Assembly (NCBI GenBank): GCA_963666275.2 | Contig: CAXXOA010000002.1 | Coordinates: 128,001 to 192,000 of the forward strand | Source: Oceanispirochaeta sp. | GTDB taxonomy: Bacteria > Spirochaetota > Spirochaetia > DSM-2461 | Direction of reading: 5' to 3' | DNA: 64,000 bases | Part shown: piece by piece, positions 29,606 through 38,840 of the stretch | Position numbering within the stretch: position 1 is the stretch's first letter | Layout: every line of letters begins with the position of its first letter | Translations under genes and position numbers: made by a program | Notes under the pieces: generated by a model | Seen by the model: only the letters and a program-made list of their open reading frames with translations | Told to the model about the DNA's origin: nothing | The model's database searches: none

Positions 29606-30533
29606 GAATCACCTCAAATATATCGGTCCGGACTTTCTGCCAGGCCTCGGCAACTTTCCGGGAATTCTCCGGCGGACAGAGCACTGTCAGCCCGGGTTTT
29701 ATACTGTATTTTCCAACAGCTGTGATAGTAAACCCCGCTCCCGTATCGGAAACATAGGTCAACTGCCCATCCAGCTCAAAAAATCCTTTCAGCCTGAAGA
29801 TGCTGTCACTCACAGAGTCGAGAAACACCCTCAGAGACTCTTCGTCTTTAACACGTCCCTCAAGAAACAGGCTGGCCGGCCTGGTATCCGGGGTATTGCA
29901 GCTCTCCCGTTTTGCGGTTTTATGAACTGTTTCAGCGGTCTCCAGAAAAGAATAGTCAAACTGCCCGAACTCTCCGGTCTGGATCATGGCGTCCCTGTTG
30001 TATTCCCGGAGCGTTTCCTTCAGCTTTGCCAGTTCCTCCGGGTCAGCAAGATCCGCTTTATTGATGAGAAGAACATCCGCAGCTTCCACCTGCCTGGGAA
30101 TGACATTGAGAACCTTCACAAGCTTGGGGAATTTCACGGGGTCCACCAGAGTCAGGATTTTCCTGACTTCCATATCCCCGTCCATTCCGTGATCTTTCAG
30201 AATAAGATCCATGCTGGAAGGATCAGACATTCCCGAAGCCTCTATGAACAGGATTTCGGGCTTTTCCCTGGCAAAGAACTGAAGGCCATAGACAAAAGGG
30301 GCTTTGAGGCAGGAGCAGAAGATGGACCCGTTTCCGATTTCATAAACCTTATGCCCCCCCTCAAGGAGGTCGGGATTCTGACTTTTAAGGAGAGAGCCGT
30401 CAACAGGAACATCTCCGAAATCATTCACAAGCATTCCGATTTTAGACGAGGGAAAAAACCTGATCAGTTCATTAAGGACCGTGGTCTTTCCGGCTCCCAG
30501 AAATCCGGCCAGCAGCACTATTTCAATTTTCAT
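29562..30533 (-). CDS. G3E/COG0523 (CobW-like) GTPase A
   Basis: AGFLGAGKTT, VNDFG, GSIFCSC, EASG, NKAD, RLKGF (CobW_C-like). Confidence 0.9.
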   Translation of the reverse strand: MKIEIVLLAGFLGAGKTTVLNELIRFFPSSKIGMLVNDFGDVPVDGSLLKSQNPDLLEGGHKVYEIGNGSIFCSCLKAPFVYGLQFFAREKPEILFIEASGMSDPSSMDLILKDHGMDGDMEVRKILTLVDPVKFPKLVKVLNVIPRQVEAADVLLINKADLADPEELAKLKETLREYNRDAMIQTGEFGQFDYSFLETAETVHKTAKRESCNTPDTRPASLFLEGRVKDEESLRVFLDSVSDSIFRLKGFFELDGQLTYVSDTGAGFTITAVGKYSIKPGLTVLCPPENSRKVAEAWQKVRTDIFEVIHDKTPSPGRLSGFR

Positions 30534-30546
30534 CCCCTACCTCCGT

Positions 30547-30585
30547 AAAAAAACAGAAGGTGATCCGCAATCCGGACCCCCTTCC
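30547..30585 (-). terminator. Terminator-like hairpin between methyltransferase and GTPase genes
   Basis: Minus strand GAAGGGGGTCCG-GATTG-CGGATCACCTTC followed by TGTTTTTTT. Confidence 0.6.
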
Positions 30586-30603
30586 TCTGATTATAGAACA
30601 GAA

Positions 30604-31968
30604 TTACATAACTTCCTGAAGTTCAGCCTTCAGTTCATTCCTGGAGGGAATCAGGGAGACATGGGTGACTTTACCGTTCACAGCCATGGCCGGAAGGTTG
30701 GAAACACCCATCTTACCGAGGCGTGCAATATTCTCGGGCTCCATGATGGACCTTTCCACGACCTTTACTTTATCATTTCCGAATATTTCCACCATGTCAT
30801 CAGCCGCGGCTTTCATATAGCCGCAGGCCGCACAGGTTTTGGAATCAATAGTCAAAACTTCAATCAGTATATGATCGAGGCTTTCATAGTCGGGCAGTTC
30901 CACATCGATCTGAACATCCTCTTTCACATAGGACTCCAGGAATTTCCTTGTGGCTTCCACATCCTGAACAGCCTGACCGACACCCACAACATTTTCAGGG
31001 GGAACGCCGAAGGGCATATCGCATCCGGGAGCCAGGATAAACCCCTTATTGCCCATTTTATCCATCAGTTCGATGGCCGCCTTCTGATTATCCTTCTGGT
31101 TCCCCAGGAGCATGGTGACTGTAAGCTGCATATTTCCGGAAATCAGGATTCCGTGTTTATCCGTAATTTTCTTGGCCTCAACAATATCAATATTCTCATC
31201 AATAGCCAGACAGTCCGGACCGGTCAGAGCCATCACATCGAGGTTTTTGGTGGCATCGCCGCAGACAAAAAAGCAGCTGTAGGCCCCTTTCGTTCTGACA
31301 TGGTCAAAAAACCGTTTGTAGTCGGCAGCCATGAACTGCTCGAACATTTCCGGTGAAATCTGGGAGATCAGAGGATCTACCGCACCAATGATGTCCATTC
31401 CGGCTTCCCTGTAGTAGTCTGCCATGGCAATCGCCACATCTGTCGCGTAGGCCATGAGTTTCAGAACATACTCCTCATCATCGTACATATCCATAAAAAT
31501 ATTGGTGCTTCTCAGATGAGACGCCAGAGTGAAAGGACCGCAGACAAGACCGTAGAGGGCGGTTGTTTCGCCCACAGCCTCTTTAAAACGCTTCATAACA
31601 TCCAGGACCAGAGGGATCCGGCCTTCTGTACTGGCAGGAATCTTTCCGGGGATCTCTTTTGTGTCCGCCAGAGGATGGCTTTTTACCGTGGGGGGAACAT
31701 CCACATCCCAGTGAAGATCGCATCCCAGGATTTCCGCTTCGATCTGAAGATCAAAAACCACAGGCTGTCCGTCGGGAGAGTACTGTTTATTGGACTCCAG
31801 AAGGCATTCAAGCAGCTTGTCAGCATCCTTGAGAATTTCGTCGGCCCTGTATCCCTTAAGATTCGCAATCTGAACACCCGTATACGGTACCCAGGGAGCT
31901 CTCTCTGTAGCTTCCCCTTTGAACTGTTTATATATTAACTCTTTCCCTGTCATCTTATCGACCTCCAT
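30604..31968 (-). CDS. MtaA/CmuA (URO-D family) methyltransferase fused to C-terminal thioredoxin-like domain
   Basis: FDLQIEAEILGC, GPFTLA, ISPEMF, FFVCG, ISGN, LAPGCD; then TCAACGYM...NLPAMAVNG. Confidence 0.85.
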   Translation of the reverse strand: MEVDKMTGKELIYKQFKGEATERAPWVPYTGVQIANLKGYRADEILKDADKLLECLLESNKQYSPDGQPVVFDLQIEAEILGCDLHWDVDVPPTVKSHPLADTKEIPGKIPASTEGRIPLVLDVMKRFKEAVGETTALYGLVCGPFTLASHLRSTNIFMDMYDDEEYVLKLMAYATDVAIAMADYYREAGMDIIGAVDPLISQISPEMFEQFMAADYKRFFDHVRTKGAYSCFFVCGDATKNLDVMALTGPDCLAIDENIDIVEAKKITDKHGILISGNMQLTVTMLLGNQKDNQKAAIELMDKMGNKGFILAPGCDMPFGVPPENVVGVGQAVQDVEATRKFLESYVKEDVQIDVELPDYESLDHILIEVLTIDSKTCAACGYMKAAADDMVEIFGNDKVKVVERSIMEPENIARLGKMGVSNLPAMAVNGKVTHVSLIPSRNELKAELQEVM

Positions 31969-32099
31969 TGGGTTATATCTGATTTTGACTGTAGGGAAAT
32001 AATACGGTCTCCCGGTGGGACCATATATAAATGTCCTATTAATTTTGGTATTTTTTTAACTATTCCTTTTACTTTAACTTCTAATGGCTCTTTAAAGGC

Positions 32100-32128
32100 T
32101 TGCGAAGCCAAAACAATAGATATATGAT
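32100..32128 (+). promoter_or_regulatory. Promoter of Rrf2 gene (predicts leaderless mRNA)
   Basis: TTGCGA-17-TATGAT, 7 nt before ATG 32136; no SD. Confidence 0.65.
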
Positions 32129-32135
32129 TAAAACC

Positions 32136-32546
32136 ATGAGAATAACAACCAAAGGCAGATACGCCATAAGAGCCATCATTAATATGGCGGCCAATATTGA
32201 GAATACTCCCATATCCATCAAAAAAATATCAGAAAGTGAAGACCTTTCTCCCATATTTCTGGAGCAGATATTCACCAAGCTGAAAAAGGCCGGAATTACC
32301 GAATCTGTCAGAGGTGCCGCGGGAGGATTTCGCCTGGCAAAGCCAGTGGAAGAGATCTCTGTCCTGTCGATCCTGGAAGCCGTTGAAGAAGGAGTTCTTC
32401 TGGCCCCCTGTACCAGCGGAGACCATACCTGCGGCAGGGAAGATGCCTGTATTCTGGGCAGTTTCTGGGAAGATACGGAAAAGGTGATCAGAGATCATCT
32501 TGCCGGTCAGACAATCGATTCGATAATCAAACAGTATAAATTCTAA
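32136..32546 (+). CDS. Rrf2 family regulator, IscR-like, three Cys
   Basis: MRITTKGRYA, FLEQIF, SVRGAAGGF, C-x6-C-x5-C. Confidence 0.92.
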   Translation: MRITTKGRYAIRAIINMAANIENTPISIKKISESEDLSPIFLEQIFTKLKKAGITESVRGAAGGFRLAKPVEEISVLSILEAVEEGVLLAPCTSGDHTCGREDACILGSFWEDTEKVIRDHLAGQTIDSIIKQYKF

Positions 32547-34820
32547 TCAGGAAGGATCAGCCGTTACCAGCGCCCTGGAAAGGTGTGCCTCCACCTCTTT
32601 GAGGGTTCTGGCCGCAATGAGCCGGGTTGCATCCTTTTCCGCCTTTTCAATATCAATTGTAGAGAAAAATTTCTGGACCGTGGGGATATGCCTGGGCTGC
32701 AGAGAGAAAGTCCTCAACCCGGCTCCCGCCAGGAAATAGAGCATTCCTTTATCATCAGACATATTACCGCAGATACTCAGAGGGCAGTTCTCTTTCCGGG
32801 CCGCCTTCACAACCCTGTCGATAGCCCTCAGGATAGCCGGATGATGGGCTTCATAGAGGCTTGAAACCTTTTCATTCGTCCTGTCGACCCCCAGCATATA
32901 CTGAACAAGATCATTGGAACCTATGGACATGAAATCCGCTTCCCTGGCCAGATCTTCGGCCATTTCCACCGCAGAAGGAAGTTCTATCATAACTCCCAGT
33001 TCGGGCATGGTCCGGCATTCAAAGCCGTCTCTCTCCAGAAATTCCCGACTCTTCTGCACCATCCTTTTCGCTTCGAGAAAATCGTCAAGCGAAGAGATAA
33101 GGGGAAACATGATCCTGAATTTTCTGTCCTGCCCGGCCCGGAGCATTGCTTTGAGCTGACTGACAAAAATCTTTTTATTCTTCAGAAGGAAGCGGATTGC
33201 CCGGAGCCCGAGGAACGGATTGTCCTCGTCCTGATCGGGCATATAGGTGAGGATCTTGTCCCCTCCGATATCCAGGGTCCGCAGGGTCATAATGTCCGAA
33301 GGCATTGTATCGAAGATTCGTTTGTAAACAAGAAACTGTTCCTCTTCACTGGGAAAACTGCTCCGGATAATGAAGGGGAATTCGCTCCTGTAGAGACCTA
33401 TTCCTTCGGCTTTGACCGTTTTGGCCGCCACAATGTCATTGAGAATATTGATAGTAGCCAGCAGGGTGATTCTTGTTCCGTCAGAGGTCAGTGTTTCGGG
33501 ACTTACCGCGTCTCCCGACTCTTCCAGGTCTTCGCTTGTACTTTTCAGTTTTTCAAACTCAAGCTGCGTATCCTGTCCGGGATTGATAAGGAGGGAGCCC
33601 TGAATACCATCCAGAATCAGAGGCGTATCGGTTTCAATGGAGAAGATCCCCCGGTCCTCCGTATAAATAACGGGAACCCCCAGGGATTTCGCCAGAATAG
33701 CGATGTGTGCTGACGCCCCTTTACTGAAAAGGACAAACCCCTCCACATGCTGGGCAGTGATCTTTACCAGTTCCGAGGGTAGGAGCTCTCTGGCAATGAC
33801 GATCTGCCCCGAATAGTCACCGGCCTGCTGTTCCTCCCGCGCCAGATTCCTGAGGATTCTATGCCCCAGATCCCTGATATCCTGAACCTTTTCCATAACC
33901 CGGGGATTCCCGCTCTGGGTAAAGATGTCGGAAAAATATTCAACCCGGTCTATCACGGCATGACAGGGATTTTTTCCCTTGTTGATCTCCTCTTCGATAT
34001 GGCCGATGAAGCTAGTATCCTGAAGCATGAGAAGGTGGGTACTGAAGATCAGAGAGGCCACATCAGAAAGCCTTTCCTCCATCTCCTTCTGCAGATCCTG
34101 AAGCTGACAGGCTGTCTTTTCCAGGGCATCCTGAAAATCCTCCTGTCCCAGGGTCCGGCAGGCTTCATTGATAAACTGACGGCTGCGCTCATTATATTTA
34201 TCTTCCAGGACATACGCGCTGCCCAGGGCTATGCCTTCCACCACGGATCGGCCGCGGATAATGGAATTCTTCTTGGCGGGAGAAGCAACCTCTTTTTTCC
34301 TGTTCACCCCCATAAGAAGCTTGGCATTTTCCAGAGTCACAGCCAGCTGGGAAGCGATCGCTTTCAGGGCCATCATATCGTTACGGTTGAAAAAACCGGG
34401 TTTGGAGTGCTGCAGGACCAGAACGCCGATCCTGCTGACACCCTGGATGATGGGAACAGCCAGAAAGGCTTCGTATTTCTCTTCGTTGCTTCCCGGGACT
34501 GGTCTGAAATGGGGATTTTCACTGGCCAGTTTTTCAAGGATAGGCCGCAGCTCCTTCATGGCGGTACCCACAAGCCCCTCTCCCACGGAAAGGATCAGCT
34601 TGCCTATGAGATCAGAGTTCAGACCTTCCGTAGCCTCCAGGATCAGCCTGTCCAGGAATTCATCGTACATATAGATGGAACACACATCGGTTTTCATGTG
34701 GGCGGATACAGTTTTAACAACTTTATGAAGAAAACCGCGGATATCACTCTTTTCCCTGAAAAGGTCCGAGAGCTCTCCAATATTACAGATCAGTTCTACA
34801 TTATCCTTGTTCATCCGCAT
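32547..34820 (-). CDS. ptsP: GAF-domain PEP-protein phosphotransferase (Enzyme I-Ntr type)
   Basis: N-terminal GAF (CSIY, ATEGL, GEGLVG), SAHIAILAK phospho-His, GLYRSEF, RTLDIGGDK, NDLVQY, ICG. Confidence 0.93.
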   Translation of the reverse strand: MRMNKDNVELICNIGELSDLFREKSDIRGFLHKVVKTVSAHMKTDVCSIYMYDEFLDRLILEATEGLNSDLIGKLILSVGEGLVGTAMKELRPILEKLASENPHFRPVPGSNEEKYEAFLAVPIIQGVSRIGVLVLQHSKPGFFNRNDMMALKAIASQLAVTLENAKLLMGVNRKKEVASPAKKNSIIRGRSVVEGIALGSAYVLEDKYNERSRQFINEACRTLGQEDFQDALEKTACQLQDLQKEMEERLSDVASLIFSTHLLMLQDTSFIGHIEEEINKGKNPCHAVIDRVEYFSDIFTQSGNPRVMEKVQDIRDLGHRILRNLAREEQQAGDYSGQIVIARELLPSELVKITAQHVEGFVLFSKGASAHIAILAKSLGVPVIYTEDRGIFSIETDTPLILDGIQGSLLINPGQDTQLEFEKLKSTSEDLEESGDAVSPETLTSDGTRITLLATINILNDIVAAKTVKAEGIGLYRSEFPFIIRSSFPSEEEQFLVYKRIFDTMPSDIMTLRTLDIGGDKILTYMPDQDEDNPFLGLRAIRFLLKNKKIFVSQLKAMLRAGQDRKFRIMFPLISSLDDFLEAKRMVQKSREFLERDGFECRTMPELGVMIELPSAVEMAEDLAREADFMSIGSNDLVQYMLGVDRTNEKVSSLYEAHHPAILRAIDRVVKAARKENCPLSICGNMSDDKGMLYFLAGAGLRTFSLQPRHIPTVQKFFSTIDIEKAEKDATRLIAARTLKEVEAHLSRALVTADPS

Positions 34821-37800
34821 CCTCTTTCATCTCTATAGGATTAGAGTATTCCACTCTATTTCTTCCATGGCTCTTTGCCTTGTAAAGGGCTTTATCCGCC
34901 GCTTTCACAAGACTCCCCGATTCCCTGTCGGACCGGGGAATCAATCCGGTCAGTCCGATGGAAACAGTCAGATAGGGCGCCGCAGAAGATTCCTCATGGG
35001 GTATGGCCGCCTGCCGTACCTTTTCCAGCAGCGTTTCGCTGAGAGTCAGCGCATCTCCCAGAGGCATATCAAAAAGGAGTACTGAGAACTCCTCTCCTCC
35101 GTATCGACATACAGCATCGGACTCCCTTCTGATGATACTTCTGATGATACGGGCTGTCTCTTTCAGGGCCTCATCTCCCTTCTGATGACCGTAGAAGTCG
35201 TTGTAGTTCTTGAAAAAGTCTACATCAATCATCAGCATGGACAGATGTTTCTGTTCCCTTGCCGCCAGATGCCACAGATTACTGAGCGACAGATCGAAGA
35301 ACCGTCGGTTTGCCAGGCCTGTGAGGGAATCCTTCCAGGCCAGCTCTTCCAGGCGGCTGTTGAGAACCTCCAGATTCTGTCTGCTCGATTCGGCATCATG
35401 CAGTTTCTTTTTCAGAAGAAGGTTCGCCTGAAAATTCGAAAACAGGATAAACAGCAGCGCCCCGATGGAAATATAGATAAGTATAAACCATTTCTGCTTC
35501 CACGGGGGCTGATTAATAACAATAGGGAAAGCCAGAGTCGTTTCACTCCAGACACCGTCGTTATTGGCAGCCTCCACAAGGAACCGGTACTTTCCCGGTT
35601 TCAGGTTGGAATAGGAAGCATAATTCCTGTTGGAGCTGCTGACCCACTCCTCTTCCAGTCCCTCCATCCTGTAACGGTAGAGGTTCTTCTCGGGAGAGGT
35701 AAAATCCAGGGCTATGAACTCAAAAGTGAGGGCATTCTGATCCCAGGGGAGCTCCAGAGAGAGGGAATCCTCCAGGAACTGTTTATAGGCAATGGATTCT
35801 CCCATGACCTGAATATCATTGAAACTCAGGATCGGAGGCGTGGTGTTATCCATAAGGATGGTAGGTTCGAACCTCAGAACCCCGCCCTGGCTGCCGAAAT
35901 AGAGATAATCCCCGTCACTGACAGCCCCGGAATTGAGAGAGTGAACCATGATCCCGTCGCTCGAATCAATCGTGAGAAGATCCAGCGAATCGGGCAGAAG
36001 GATATTCACCCCTCCCTTGGTTCCAACCCACAGATGACCGTGGCTGTCCTCCAGGATGGATAGAATCTGATTCGACGCCAGTCCGTCCTGACGGGTAATC
36101 GCTGAAAAAGTATCCCTGTCACTGTCATAGCGGTTCAGCCCGCCACCGTCAGTTCCGACCCAGAGCGTGTGAAAGCGGTCCTCATAAAGGATACTGATGT
36201 AGTTGCTGCTGAGACTCTCCGGATTCCTGGAATCATGATAGTACGTATCAAACCGGTCCCGATCCCTGTCGTATCTGTTGAGTCCCCGGTTTGTCCCGAC
36301 CCAGAGCCCGCCCTGATGATCCAGAAGGATTGTGTTCACCAGATTATTAGACAGGGAGGGATTATCCTCATCATAGAAGTACCTCTTGAGAATTCCATTT
36401 TCCGGGGTCCAGTGAAGGACTCCCGAACTGTAGGTTCCGATCCAGAAAGATCCGTCCGGATCTTCGACGATTTCATAGATAATCGGCTCCAGATTTTCAT
36501 CAAAACCCATTCCCTTCAGTGGGAAATGATCAAATCCTCCGGTGTCCCTGTTGTACCGGTCCAGTCCGCCCAGAGACCCGACCCAGATGTTCCCTTTCGA
36601 ATCCTCCGCCATGGCGCTTACATTTCTATGGGCGAGAGATCCAGCCTCTTCAGAAGGCATCCAGTTCCTATAGGAAGAGGAGGAGTTCCTGCCGGGAATC
36701 CTCCACACACCATTGCTGTAGGTTCCAATCCAGAAATCCCTGTTGGTATCGATCAGAATAGTCCTGACAATATCCTCTACAAGAGGGTATCTGCTGTTCT
36801 TTGAAATGAAACGGAAATCTCTTTTATTGGGATTCAGGATATTGATCCCGCCGCCGTTGGTTCCGATCCAGTACAGACCGGTTCGGTCCTTGAGAAAGGA
36901 GTAGATAATTCCGTGATTCATCTTGTAGGGGTCATCGGAATCCCCTTCGTAGGAAATGATCTGTCCACCGGCGCTGTTCCGCTTCAGAAGCCCCCCGCCC
37001 CAGGTTCCGATCCAGAGGGAATCCTCTCCGGGGCACAGAAGATAGACATTTTCCTCCAGTGGAATCTGCTCCGTCACAACCCCAGTCCCGGGGTTGAAGA
37101 GACTGACCCCGCCGTCCCAGGTGCCGATCCAGAGGGAACCGGAAGGATCTTCGGCCAGTGCCATAATATAGGAGGACTGAATGGAACGGGGATTTCCCTT
37201 CTCCGCCTTAAAGTGAACAAAACTTTCAGTTTCCGGATCAAAAAGGTCCAGCCCCCCGTAACTTCCCACCCAGAGCCGTCCCTGCTGATCCACAAGGAGA
37301 GACCGGACCGTGTCATGAAGAAGAGAGTCCGGATCCGAATCGGAGTGGTAATAGGTTGTAATATCCCAGCTTCCGGGCTCAATCCGATTCAGCCCGTTCA
37401 TGGTTCCGGCCCAGATGGCTCCGTCGGGAGTTTTGGCAATGGCAATGACGATTCCGTCTGAAATCGGTTTTTCCGTTCTGGTGGGATCGGAGGTAAAATT
37501 CAGAAAATCCTCTGTATCCAGAGACATCCGTGAGAGTCCCTCATAGGTTCCTATCCAGAGATAGGGTTCCCGGGGATCCAGAAAGAGCGTCTGAATCTGA
37601 TTATGAGGAAGGGAGTTGGGATTGAAAGGCTGATTGTCATAAATCCTGTAGCTCTTCCCGTCATATCTGTTCAAGCCATTCTGTGTACCGAACCAGAGGT
37701 ATCCGTTTCTATCCTGAACAATCCCGGCCACATGATTATCCACAAGGCCGTCCATAACAGTTAAATGATCAAAGATCACCCGCTCCTCCGCCGCAGCACT

Positions 37801-37866
37801 CCCTCCTGAAACAGAAAAGAGGATCAGCAGCAGAAACCAATGATTTTGAAGTAACCTTTTTATCAC
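34801..37866 (-). CDS. Beta-propeller (Reg_prop) + Y_Y_Y sensor diguanylate cyclase
   Basis: Signal peptide, ~14 DxxGxLWxGTxxGL repeats, YRYRMEG..YSNLKPGKY, TM, RESD I-site, RYGGEEF. Confidence 0.92.
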   Translation of the reverse strand: MIKRLLQNHWFLLLILFSVSGGSAAAEERVIFDHLTVMDGLVDNHVAGIVQDRNGYLWFGTQNGLNRYDGKSYRIYDNQPFNPNSLPHNQIQTLFLDPREPYLWIGTYEGLSRMSLDTEDFLNFTSDPTRTEKPISDGIVIAIAKTPDGAIWAGTMNGLNRIEPGSWDITTYYHSDSDPDSLLHDTVRSLLVDQQGRLWVGSYGGLDLFDPETESFVHFKAEKGNPRSIQSSYIMALAEDPSGSLWIGTWDGGVSLFNPGTGVVTEQIPLEENVYLLCPGEDSLWIGTWGGGLLKRNSAGGQIISYEGDSDDPYKMNHGIIYSFLKDRTGLYWIGTNGGGINILNPNKRDFRFISKNSRYPLVEDIVRTILIDTNRDFWIGTYSNGVWRIPGRNSSSSYRNWMPSEEAGSLAHRNVSAMAEDSKGNIWVGSLGGLDRYNRDTGGFDHFPLKGMGFDENLEPIIYEIVEDPDGSFWIGTYSSGVLHWTPENGILKRYFYDEDNPSLSNNLVNTILLDHQGGLWVGTNRGLNRYDRDRDRFDTYYHDSRNPESLSSNYISILYEDRFHTLWVGTDGGGLNRYDSDRDTFSAITRQDGLASNQILSILEDSHGHLWVGTKGGVNILLPDSLDLLTIDSSDGIMVHSLNSGAVSDGDYLYFGSQGGVLRFEPTILMDNTTPPILSFNDIQVMGESIAYKQFLEDSLSLELPWDQNALTFEFIALDFTSPEKNLYRYRMEGLEEEWVSSSNRNYASYSNLKPGKYRFLVEAANNDGVWSETTLAFPIVINQPPWKQKWFILIYISIGALLFILFSNFQANLLLKKKLHDAESSRQNLEVLNSRLEELAWKDSLTGLANRRFFDLSLSNLWHLAAREQKHLSMLMIDVDFFKNYNDFYGHQKGDEALKETARIIRSIIRRESDAVCRYGGEEFSVLLFDMPLGDALTLSETLLEKVRQAAIPHEESSAAPYLTVSIGLTGLIPRSDRESGSLVKAADKALYKAKSHGRNRVEYSNPIEMKEDADEQG

Positions 37867-37875
37867 GCTGAGGGC

Positions 37876-38682
37876 TTAACCTTTTGACATACTGATGGAT
37901 TTTTCTGTACAGACCCGTACAGCTTCCATCACGGCAGAACGGAATCCGTCTTTTTCCAGAGACCCGACGGCTTCGATAGTGGTTCCACCGGGAGAACAGA
38001 CCTGATCTTTCAGCTGACCGGGATGAATACCGGTTTCCAGAACCATTCTGGCAGAACCCAGAACCGTCTGAGCCGCCATACTGTAGGCCTTATTCCTGGG
38101 AATTCCCTCCCGGACAGCTCCGTCAGCCAGAGCCTCGATGAACATGAAAATATAGGCCGGACCGGAACCGCAAAGGGCCGTATAGCTGTCAAAAAGAGAT
38201 TCCGACAGGACCTCCACTTTCCCCATGGCTCCCAGCAGTTTCAGAACCTGCTCGACTTCGCTGCTGCTGAGATTTTCTCCCGGACAGGCGGCTGTCATCC
38301 CCTCTCCCACCAGAGCCGGCGTGTTGGGCATGGTCCTGACAAGTTTGATATCCCTGCCGAACCTATCCCGGACGCTTTTCATAGTCTGCCCGGCGGCAAT
38401 GGTAACCACAATGACATTATCAGGCAGTACATCTTTGATTTCTTCAATCACAGGGGAATAGATATGAGGTTTGACAGCAAGAAACAGGACATCCAGCTTA
38501 TCCAGAAATTCCCTGTTATTCCGACTGGTATTCACACCGGGGAATTTATCCCTGAGACTCTTAAGAGCCTCTTCGGAGCTGTCGCAGATAAAAAGATTTT
38601 CACTGCTGACGATATCTGCATTTATTAAACCGCCGATGATGGCCCCCGCCATGTTTCCGGCACCGATAAATCCTGTTTTCAT
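37876..38682 (-). CDS. proC: Pyrroline-5-carboxylate reductase
   Basis: GFIGAGNM, AVKP, RTMPNTP, GSGPAY, VCSPGGTT. Confidence 0.97.
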   Translation of the reverse strand: MKTGFIGAGNMAGAIIGGLINADIVSSENLFICDSSEEALKSLRDKFPGVNTSRNNREFLDKLDVLFLAVKPHIYSPVIEEIKDVLPDNVIVVTIAAGQTMKSVRDRFGRDIKLVRTMPNTPALVGEGMTAACPGENLSSSEVEQVLKLLGAMGKVEVLSESLFDSYTALCGSGPAYIFMFIEALADGAVREGIPRNKAYSMAAQTVLGSARMVLETGIHPGQLKDQVCSPGGTTIEAVGSLEKDGFRSAVMEAVRVCTEKSISMSKG

Positions 38683-38765
38683 GATTCCATCCTGCTTTGT
38701 TCAGTCAAATATTATTAGAGAGTATACAATGAGCAGGGTGGGGTTTCAATCACAGCATTCCCAAT

Positions 38766-38807
38766 AAAAAAGCAGGCCCTGCAGAAAGGAGGAAACTGCA
38801 GGGCCTG
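38766..38807 (-). terminator. Rho-independent terminator after xylA
   Basis: CAGGCCCTGCAG/CTGCAGGGCCTG 12-bp stem with U tract on minus strand. Confidence 0.85.
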
Positions 38808-38840
38808 AAAAGAAAGGTTCTTTATGAAAAAAGGTTTCTA

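Noticed and set aside
30604..31968. hemE (true uroporphyrinogen decarboxylase)
   Set aside because: It lacks the N-terminal RQAGR motif; Cys motifs match the MtaA/CmuA branch.
31975..32055. IscR/Rrf2 binding sites in the divergent intergenic region
   Set aside because: Only half-site resemblances; no convincing palindrome.
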